Below are positions 28,389 to 37,500 of a stretch of DNA of 37,874 bases, one piece after another (position 1 is the stretch's first letter; each line of letters begins with the position of its first letter). Below the pieces are notes generated by a model. That model worked only from the letters and a program-made list of their open reading frames with translations. It was not told where the DNA came from and searched no databases. The position numbers and the translations under genes were made by a program. Origin of the DNA: Lentimicrobiaceae bacterium (GTDB lineage: Bacteria > Bacteroidota > Bacteroidia > Bacteroidales > SKPS01); NCBI GenBank assembly GCA_007119395.1, contig SKPS01000251.1, forward strand, positions 1 through 37,874, in the 5' to 3' direction.

Positions 28389-30215
28389 CTACCGGGAGCG
28401 ACCCGGCCCAACATCCTGGTTCACGCGGGTGCGTTCACCCCTGCGATATACCACCTGGTATAAAACACTCCCCCTGTTGTCGTAAAATGTCCATGTGCCA
28501 TGTCGTTGGCCACGCCTGAATGATCCTTCAGACTTCTTTCTTCCATTGGCATAAAACTCGGTCATTTTCCCGTGGAGTTCTCCCCTTCTGTAATTCTGCA
28601 TCTTAAACGGAACACCGTTTCTGTCGTAGAATTTCCACTCACCGATCCGTTTACCGTTTCTGTTTTGCCCTGTTTCCTGAAGGATTCCTGTATCATACCA
28701 AACCGAACTCCTACCGTGTAACAGTCCATTACGGTAATGGCTCTCGGAGCGCTTAAGCCCTGAAATATAATAGTGTAGCGAAATGCCGTGGCGTACCCCC
28801 TTGTCATAAGCAACCACATATCTTGGTTTGCCATCGTCATAAAAGCCTTTCCATACCCCATCCATCTCCCCTTCAACATAGGCTCCTTCGTCTTTGACCT
28901 GTCCGTTATCAAACCAGTTCATCCAGTACCCATGGGGTTTACCATTTTTATATTTCCCCTCTTGTAGTTTCTGCCCCGATTCATACCAGGTGGTCCATAA
29001 TCCGTGGCGCACCCCCTCTGTGAAGTGACCACGTCGCCACGACTCACCGGTAGAATACCAATACGCCCACTCTCCGTGTTGCAACCCTTCAGAAAAAGGG
29101 CCCTTGCTCGCACGTCCACCCTTTTCATGGTAAAAGACCCAGATGCTGTCTTGAAGATCAGCAATCAGTGCACCCTCCATTTCCTTGTTGCCGTTTGCAA
29201 ACCACCAGGTGGCGTAACCGTGCAGACTGTCGTTTTTATAATACCCTTCAAACTCAGGGTTCCCATTGCGGTGCCATGAACGGGCCGGTCCTTTCCTGAC
29301 TCCCTGTACATAGGTGATCTCCTCGCTCAGGTTGCCGTTTACATGCCAACGGGTACTCTTTCCATCTTTTACGCCATGGTGCCAAAAGACCTCCTCCCTG
29401 AGCTGCCCCGATGAAAACCACTGACGCCAAATCCCCTCCTTCTCTCCATTCTCAATCATCCCCTCCTCACGCAATGAACCATCCTGAAACCACGACCTGT
29501 TCATGCCATGGGTCAGATTCACCTCGCTCATCTTCTGGCCATTGGAATACCAGCTCTCCCACAAGCCAATCTGGCGCCCCATATCGTAAGAACCACGCGT
29601 CTGTAGTTGACCGTTGGGATGGTAACGCTTCCACTCACCATCATTCATCCCGTCACGTAACTGCCCCTCCTCTTTGAGCTGACCATTCTCATGCCAATGC
29701 CTTGAAGGGCCGTTCTCCAAATGAATCTCGCTCATCAACACCCCTTCCGGCGACCAGGCACTCCACTTGCCGGTCCGCACACCCTCAGCATACTCCCCCT
29801 CAACCATCAACTGTCCCGACTCATAAAACCCCTTGTAGGGCCCATGTAACTTCCCGTTGACCATGGTGCCCTCCTCCATCAAACGACGATTGGAATGCCA
29901 TACACGGTACGGGCCATTGCCGTAAACAATCTCGCTGCGAATGTTGCCGTCAGGATGCCAACTGCGCCATAAACCCACCTTCTCGCCGGCGCTGGAGTAG
30001 CGCCCCTCTCGCATCTTCCGACCATTCGAATAGAAATATACCCACTCCCCGACAGGGACCTCCGCGGTGTCAACCTTTGCCTTGGCACCCCTGGTCGCCA
30101 ACTGCCCATTCGGCCAATAGGTCTCCCTTGTTTGCTGTGACAGAACACAGACTGGCAACAACAACATCAACAGGAATAGTGTCGCCGTCATACGTATCTT
30201 TGTCTTCCGTTCCAT
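28389..30215 (-). CDS. exported MORN-variant / YwqK-type repeat protein
   Basis: The start is set at ATG 30215 (MERKTKIRMTATLFLLMLLLPVCVLSQQ, a signal peptide). The rest is about two dozen tandem ~23-aa repeats of the form [WYFH]xxNGQLxxEGxYxxGxxxGxW. Confidence 0.8.
   Translation of the reverse strand: MERKTKIRMTATLFLLMLLLPVCVLSQQTRETYWPNGQLATRGAKAKVDTAEVPVGEWVYFYSNGRKMREGRYSSAGEKVGLWRSWHPDGNIRSEIVYGNGPYRVWHSNRRLMEEGTMVNGKLHGPYKGFYESGQLMVEGEYAEGVRTGKWSAWSPEGVLMSEIHLENGPSRHWHENGQLKEEGQLRDGMNDGEWKRYHPNGQLQTRGSYDMGRQIGLWESWYSNGQKMSEVNLTHGMNRSWFQDGSLREEGMIENGEKEGIWRQWFSSGQLREEVFWHHGVKDGKSTRWHVNGNLSEEITYVQGVRKGPARSWHRNGNPEFEGYYKNDSLHGYATWWFANGNKEMEGALIADLQDSIWVFYHEKGGRASKGPFSEGLQHGEWAYWYSTGESWRRGHFTEGVRHGLWTTWYESGQKLQEGKYKNGKPHGYWMNWFDNGQVKDEGAYVEGEMDGVWKGFYDDGKPRYVVAYDKGVRHGISLHYYISGLKRSESHYRNGLLHGRSSVWYDTGILQETGQNRNGKRIGEWKFYDRNGVPFKMQNYRRGELHGKMTEFYANGRKKSEGSFRRGQRHGTWTFYDNRGSVLYQVVYRRGERTRVNQDVGPGRSR
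28440..30120 (-). repeat. protein-level tandem array of about 24 MORN/YwqK-type repeats
   Basis: I counted the repeat cores by eye: WPNGQL, YSNGRK, HPDGNI, YESGQL, HENGQL, HPNGQL, YSNGQK, FQDGSL, FSSGQL, HVNGNL ... YANGRK, YDNRGS. The boundaries are approximate. Confidence 0.65.
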
Positions 30216-30234
30216 AGCTGGCAAAGATATAAGG

Positions 30235-31209
30235 TTACCGTGTACGCTCGGTGGTGTACAGCACTAATTTTTTCAACCCATCTGCAAATTGATTCTGAGG
30301 CAGTCCGTTCAACATCTCCAACGCCTCATCACGGTAACGAATCATCTGCTCATTGGCATAGTGCATGCCTCCATATTCATGCACCATCTCAACCAAACGC
30401 TTGAAATCTCCTGATGCATCTTTGCCTCTGCGAAGCAGACGCAATGCATCACGACGCTCACCAGAACCCATCGTGTTCAGCATATGGATAAACGGCAAAG
30501 TCAGCTTCTTCTCCTTTAAGTCGGCCCCGGATGATTTGCCGGTGCGGTTCCCGGTGGTGAAATCAAACAAATCGTCTTTTATCTGAAATGCAATGCCTAC
30601 CTTCTCTCCGAAAAGCTTCATCCGGCCAACAACCTCTTCAGGTGCACCGGCCGCATGTGCCCCGATGGCACAACACGAAGCAATCAATGATGCTGTTTTC
30701 TTGCGGATAATCTCGAAATAGACCCCTTCATCAATGTCAAGCCGCCGCGCTTTCTCAAGCTGCAACAACTCCCCTTCGCTCATCTCACGGGTGGCATCCG
30801 ATACAATGTGTAACTGATCATATTCACGGTGATCCAGTGCCAGCAACATCCCCCGTGACAGCAGATAATCACCCACCAGCACTGAAACCTTGTTGCGCCA
30901 TACAGCATTCAACGACAACAACCCGCGGCGCCGCCACGACTCATCCACCACGTCGTCGTGAACCAATGTGGCCGTATGCAATAGCTCCACCAAAACCGCT
31001 GCCCTGTGCACCGAGGGTGTAATCTCTCCATGCATGCCTGCCGACAGCAACACAAACACCGGCCGCATCTGCTTACCTTTGCGACGCAACATGTACCGCA
31101 TTACCGTGTTCAGCAACGGTACCTTGGTGCGGACAGTCTCGCGAAACAACCGGTCATAGGCCTGCAAATCATCTGAAACAATGGCTGTGATAGCTGATAA
31201 TCGCTCCAT
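30235..31209 (-). CDS. ispB: polyprenyl (octaprenyl-type) diphosphate synthase
   Basis: 324 aa. Both Asp-rich motifs are present: LVHDDVVDES and FQIKDDLFD. The overall layout is IspB-like. Confidence 0.88.
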   Translation of the reverse strand: MERLSAITAIVSDDLQAYDRLFRETVRTKVPLLNTVMRYMLRRKGKQMRPVFVLLSAGMHGEITPSVHRAAVLVELLHTATLVHDDVVDESWRRRGLLSLNAVWRNKVSVLVGDYLLSRGMLLALDHREYDQLHIVSDATREMSEGELLQLEKARRLDIDEGVYFEIIRKKTASLIASCCAIGAHAAGAPEEVVGRMKLFGEKVGIAFQIKDDLFDFTTGNRTGKSSGADLKEKKLTLPFIHMLNTMGSGERRDALRLLRRGKDASGDFKRLVEMVHEYGGMHYANEQMIRYRDEALEMLNGLPQNQFADGLKKLVLYTTERTR

Positions 31210-31231
31210 ATTCTACACACTTTTTATCCCC

Positions 31232-31239
31232 CAAACGTA
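31232..31239 (-). promoter_or_regulatory. candidate Bacteroidota -7 box for ispB and the downstream array (TACGTTTG on the minus strand)
   Basis: The + strand caaacgta is an exact TAnnTTTG on the minus strand, 22 nt upstream of the ispB ATG (31209). The lptB box has identical spacing. Confidence 0.4.
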
Positions 31240-31489
31240 CTGCTTTTTCCTGAAACCGTCGCAACCTTGACATACGCAAGACAATGGAATATGTGAAACA
31301 GCCATGAGAAGTGTTTTTAACATTTCGTTAGCAATATAGTTGTGTTTTTATGAACTATCTGCTTGACTTAGAGGTAGTTTTTTTCGTATTTTGATTCGCG
31401 AAAAAGAAATAACCACTGTGTCGGGCCTCATAGAATGTAAATTGTTGTTGGAATCACCCAACGGCTACAGGTAATAAAAACCACTCTGC

Positions 31490-31570
31490 ATGCAGAAAAA
31501 CAAATTCACTCTTACTGCAACAGTCACCCTCTTTCTGCTTTGGGCTCTCTTTGCTATTCCGGTCAAAGCG
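31490..31570 (+). other. Sec (type I) signal peptide of the giant ORF
   Basis: A K-rich n-region (MQKNK) is followed by a hydrophobic core (TLTATVTLFLLWALFAI) and a VKA/QQ cleavage-like site. There is no lipobox Cys. Confidence 0.7.
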
Positions 31571-34500
31571 CAGCAAATTTTTGTGTTCATCGAAATGCAC
31601 CCAATGCCACCGGCATCGCTTTATCAATGGGACCGTGAGGGGATGATGATGTTTGTTGTTGCTGACAATATGAGTACGACCACCCACCAGGCACACCTGA
31701 TGGTGGAATTGTATGATGAATATGACCGGTTGGTAGGGGAGAGCAGGTCGCCACGTGTTGTCAACATTGCACCCGGATTCACCGAGATACCTCATCAAGG
31801 GTTGCTCACCTCGGGTGGGTTTACCTTTTTGGATCCACTCCGAAGGCCGATGCAAAACACCGGAATCTTCCCGGAGGGAGAATACAGACTTTGTATCAGA
31901 CTTGTTGATGCCGTGACCAACGTGGTCCTCTCCGATGAAGCCTGCACCTTTTTTATGATTCAGGGTTTTGAAGCCCCTTATTTGCTGTATCCTGAGGATG
32001 GTGTGGTTCTTTCTGAACCGCAACTGTTGAGTACGGTATTTCAATGGACACCTTTTATGGGCGATCCTTTTCTTTCCATCGCCTATCGGTTGGTGATGGT
32101 TGAAGTCTTACCCGGACAATCTGCCTATGAGGCTCTGCTTGTAAACCAACCAGTGGTTCAGGAGACCGTGGAGGAGCCTTTCTGGCAATGGGACGACAAA
32201 TACGTTACCCCCAAGCCGGAAGCCTCCTATGCCTGGTCGGTGGTGCTTACCGATGTTGAGACAGGGCGTGACCAAACCTCCTATGCTCCACCCAGAGTGA
32301 TCGTTTTCTGGCCTGCTGATACCATTCCTGTTACCGATCCCCCTATAGACATCCCTCCGTACGATCCACCTCCCGAAGACCCGCCCGCAGAAGCGTGCGA
32401 TCCCCCCGATTACACTCCGGAACCCGCTACACCTATATCGCTCGGCATGATGGTCGACGACTCTGAACTGCACCTCTACCCAAGGGCCGTCCCCATCAGG
32501 GCAGAAGCCATCGACTGGGACCTGCTCTGGCTCTATTGCTCCGGCTGCGACGGAGGCAGAAGCGAAGAACCTATGCCGGTAATGGATGAAGTGCACGACT
32601 TTACCTGGGAACTTATCGATGGTAAAGGGTCTCTCAATATCCCCTTTGACCCTTTCAGATTCAATCAAATCAAAGACTCCCTGCAAAACATCCATAAACG
32701 CATAACCGAAATTGAAGACTCGCTCATCCAAATAGCACAAGACACACTCGAGCTACCGAATCGAACAGAAGCCCACAAAGCACGCATCGAAGAAAAAGAG
32801 ACAGAAAATACCGGCCTCGATTCGCTTATCGCACTTATCAATGACACCCTGCAGGTGATCAATCAACAACGCGGTGACCTGTTTGATGACATCAATGCTT
32901 TGATCGGCCAAACAGACAGCATCCAGCATTTGATATCCAACCTCCTGGATGAAATTGATTCCCTGAGATATTTGCTGAGCGGACCGCCATCAGAAGAGGA
33001 GCTGACACAACGAACGGTTGTTGCAGACCATCGTACGGTGCTCACAAACCTTCAGGAAGAATTGATAAAACATGAACAGGAAACAACAAAGCAATCCGAT
33101 GCCCTGAAGCAAATCATACAGGATGCGAAAGATGTGCTGGATGCAGCTGCTACTGCGTACAATGATCAAAAAGAGATATCTGAAAACATCTCAAAAAAGA
33201 TTGCTGAAGAGGAGATCAAGCTGCTTGAAGACCCCGACACCCGTGATTTTTTGCTCCACAGAAGGTTCTGGTACGGTACTGCCAGCGGCTTCATCGTTGA
33301 ATATGCCATGGGTCAGCATATTGGGCTATACAACACGATGGACAACCTGTTCAGCCAGTCGAAAAATTGCCTGATTGAAACCGATACCACCGTCAGACAT
33401 GCCTGCCATAACACTTTCGACAACAGTCTGGTAGGATTGTATCAGCAACTGACCAACCGTTGCGCTGCCCTCCCACCGCACGAACGCCACGACTGCATCG
33501 AAGCTTTCTCTTATGTAACGCAAACATATCAGGATTTCAGGCAGACCATGCAGCGTCTTGTGTACTCTGAATACCTCTATCCAGTTCAAATCGAGATCAC
33601 AATTGACAGCCTGAGGCAGGTGTTGCTGGCGATGGAAAGTGTGATGAATGCTGCACAAAACCAGGTTGAACAGTCAAACCAGGCTTACAGCCAGGCTCTG
33701 TCTGATTATGTAGAGGAAATGCAACTGCTCGACAGTCAGAAAGCTGATATGCAGCAGAACATCGTTGAACAGGCTGACTCTCTTTCAAGACAGGAGCACA
33801 AGTACAACCTGCTGGTGCAGGCACGAAAGGATGAACTGGAAAGAAACAGAGAGCAGTTCCTCGAAGGGGTGCATGCCGCAGAAAGCAGCATCAACTCCAT
33901 GGAGAGTGCAATTGATCATTTGCAGGATTCTTTGAGTACACTCTATGCTGACACCTTTGGCCTTTTCGTGATCAAAACAGAATTTGAAGAAGAGAAGGAG
34001 AGGCTTGAAGCGCTCAAAGAGAAAAACGAGGAGCTGATCCACAACCTTGTTGACCTGATCGATGCGTTGGAGCAACGTATTGAGGCCCTTAAAAGGCGAG
34101 CTGAAGAGTTGATGGATGAAATGGAAGCGCTCAGGGAGCAGCAAGAGAGTCTGGAGGAGGAGCAGGTGGAGGAAATGGCTGGCAACACCTCGGCCACGGG
34201 ATACTATGTGTACTATATCCCGCCGCCATTGGAAGAGGTGATGAAAGACAAAGGGACTTACCCGAGGTTTGAAGCGCTTCGCGACAGTGTTAAAGCTGCC
34301 GAAGACTCCCTTCAACTGGCATATTTCAAAAAAGAGCAGGTGCAGCGTATTATTGCCCTCGAAACAGAACGGATTGGAAGGGCACTGGTTGAATATAAAA
34401 AGAGTGAGGACCAGATCAATGCATTAAATGATCAGGCCACGGAAGCAGAAAAAGAGTTGGCCAGGAAAAAAAATGAGATAACGCAGGAATTTCACAACCA

Positions 34501-37500
34501 GCAATTGCAATTGCAGGAGTTGCTCAACAGTGCAGAAGAGAACCTCAACAAAGCATTGCAGCAAAAGGAGGATTACACCTCCGACAGTCTCAAGGTGAAA
34601 GAAGACCTGGAGCAGATGGTTCGGAGCATCACGCAGCATGACAGTTTACTGAGTCTGTTGCAACAAACCATCGAAGACAAGCAAAACGAGCTGAATAACA
34701 AGCAGGAGTTGTTAAGGGCAGCAGAGCCTACCCTTGCTGATCAATCCAACGAGTTGGAAGCGAAAAGGCGATTGCTCAGGGAAAGAAATACTGCCTTATC
34801 GCAGCTCAACAACCACCTGTCCAGGGCCAATGTGATGGGGGAGCAGGAAGCGATCAGGCAGGTGAGGGAGCTCATTAAAGACACTGAAGACGAAATCAAA
34901 ACGCTGGAGGAGACCGATATCCCGGCCAAGGAGCAGGAGGTTGCCGGGAGTGCAGCCAGTGTTCAATCTGCTGAAGCAAGTGTGTCAACAGCCAGGGAGC
35001 AGCTTGGGGTGTTACTCGGGAATCAACAGCAAAAACGCCTGCAGGCCAGAGAGCTGCGCGACAGCCTTGTGAAAGGGAATGAGGCATACGCCGAAGTGTT
35101 ATCCGGCCTTGAACATTGGCGTAGGGTTGAAAGATTGGCTCACCGATTGATCCGGAACACGAACCAGGCGCGTGAGGAACTCCAGGATCATGTTGAAGAC
35201 CAGATAGGTCAGGATGAAGAGGTGTCAGCACATGAAGAGAACCTTGAAAACATCAAGCAACAGATTGAAGAGCATGAAAATGCGAAAAAGGATGCCATTC
35301 ATGCTATCAATGAGTCTGTTGCAAGGAAAGAGCGTGCGATAAACGAAGCTGATAAGCAACTTGCCAAAGCCAAAGCCAATCTTGAGGAGGCGGAAGAGGA
35401 GTTTCGTGCGTTTTTGGTCGAAGAGTTTGAATCAGTGGAGATTGAAGCAACCATCCGTTTAAGAGCGAAAGACGCCGTGATTGATGCTTTTCGTGCCGGA
35501 GATGAAGAAGCCGAATTGATTAAAACGATCCGCTACGAAGGCTCCCGTATTCCCGTTTTTGAAAATGAGCCTGCAATAGAACAGATACCGGATGAGCCGG
35601 ATGTGGCGAGCGTTTGTCTGGTTCAGGAACTGCTGGAAGAAGGTGCGCTGCCTGCAGAAATGACACCCCCACGTGTTCTGCGACCCGAACCGCGTACCAT
35701 TGCACTTGTCTATGAGGATGGGAAACCTCTGTGGGAAGAATGGCCTGTGTTTAGAAATACTGATGTGATTGCCAAAGATGTGGTGGAAGTGTATGCTGAA
35801 TTCACTCCTGACTTTGATCAACTGGAGATTAAGTGCTACACAGCCGATGGTAAATGTGATGAAGTGAAAACCCTGGAAAGCATCCGTGACCAGGGACCTT
35901 ACCAATGGAAATACGAGGGTCGTAATATTGGAAACCATCCGCTCCAGAACAGGTTTCTCTGGGAACCCCGTTTTGTGGAGAAACCGCTGCCTGAAGAGAA
36001 ACTGGAAATTGAGGCGTTGCTCATTGCCAATCATTTGGCACCTGATGATCCTGTTGACAGCGATGACAGCATCCTGGTGATTCCGGGTGTGTTGGTAGAG
36101 GTAACCGACAACCTGGTGGGTATTCCGGACACAACCATGGAAGTGCAGGCACGGGTTGTTACCGGTGACCATAAAGGGTTGGCAGGCGAAGACATAGAGT
36201 TTTCAGTTGAACGAATGGCTGGTTCATCCGAAGACTATGGCTTTGATGGTGACACCATCATCACCGTTCAAACCGATGGTGACGGGTATGCGAAGGCCGA
36301 TTTTGATTTTGGTGATGGCTTTGCCCGGTTCAGGATTCATGCCAAATGGTTGCGCGATAGCGTGGTGATCGATGAGGAAAGTTTTGATGCCATCGCTCCA
36401 ATCCGATTGAGTATTCACAGGTTTTCGGCTGGTGCTCCACCTTTTGCTTTTGATGCAGCACTGGAAATAATACAATCTGAAGGTGATGTGAGTCAGGAAA
36501 AAATAGACGAGCTGACAGGCGACTTCCCCCCATCCGTTGGGGATGATGCCGGCCAGGACTATGCTTACGTTGTACGTGCAATTGCCGGACTGTTAAATGA
36601 GGAGCGTGATGCTGCTGAAGATGAAGAGGTGCTTTTTGAGCTGATGCCGGAAGAGGCAGGCATTGACCCGGAAGAGACCCGTACGGGGGCTTTCGGACTG
36701 GCCTTTGCGATCGTGAAAGACCTCCCTGATGAAACCAATCTGCTTCTCAAAGCATCAGTCGAAGATGCCTATCAACCGTTGGGCCGGCCACCGAAAGACC
36801 AGGCCACCTATAACACAAGCCTGTTCGACAGGTTCCGGATCGGCTCAAAAGACAACCTGTTTGTCGTGATCCTGGATGAGCCCGTTTCTGAAGGGGAACT
36901 GATCTCAGGAACTGGGAGACTGGGTGTGGCAGATGATGGCATCAGCGATGGTATCATGAATGAATTGATGGAGGTGAGTTTACACATCAACGAAGTAGAG
37001 CTGGCCGACAACGGCGAAGATCGTATCGCGGTTGCAGGCTCGGTTTCATGGAGCAGCGCAACATCTGTTAGCAGAAATATCCTGGGCTTTGACGTGGGTG
37101 TAGACTCCTTTGTGGTTACAGCCTCCCTGGGAGGCGGGATTGGCGGCGTTATCAGCCATAACTCCCTGTCAGCACCGGTAAGGTTCTATGCCGAAATTGA
37201 ACCTACTGGCGACTTCCTCGGAACAATAGAAAACATCCCCGCCATAGAGTTAGGTGGCTTTAAGTTAAGAGAAGGCTCCTCCTTCACCATTGACATGCAT
37301 AAAATGAAAAGCCCTCCAGGCTTTGCAAACAATTTCAGTGGCGTGGTCATCCACTCAGCAAGCCTGGAACTGCCTGCAGTTTTTGCAACCGAAGCAACCG
37401 GCAGACCTTCCCGTTTGCATGTGAAAGATTTTTTCATCGGTTCAGCCGGTATCGGCGGAGAGATCAGCTATGCCGGTTCCATCTTCAGACTGGGATATGC

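Noticed and set aside
31454-32044. 196-aa minus-strand ORF from the track
   Set aside because: It lies antisense to the verified giant + strand ORF. Its sequence shows no recognisable motifs, and it overlaps the giant ORF's signal peptide and first module. I treat it as a shadow ORF.
32108-32740. 210-aa minus-strand ORF from the track
   Set aside because: It is antisense to the giant ORF, across the Pro-rich linker region, which gives a Gly/Arg-rich reverse translation. There is no independent support.
33785-34315. 176-aa minus-strand ORF, together with the overlapping 84-aa ORF at 33943-34197
   Set aside because: It is antisense to coiled-coil coding sequence. GAA/GAG/CAG/CTG-rich codons avoid stops on the opposite strand and produce L/F/S-rich pseudo-proteins.
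35459-36172. 237-aa minus-strand ORF from the track
   Set aside because: It is antisense to the post-rod part of the giant ORF. It has no motifs, and the + frame is far longer and coherent.
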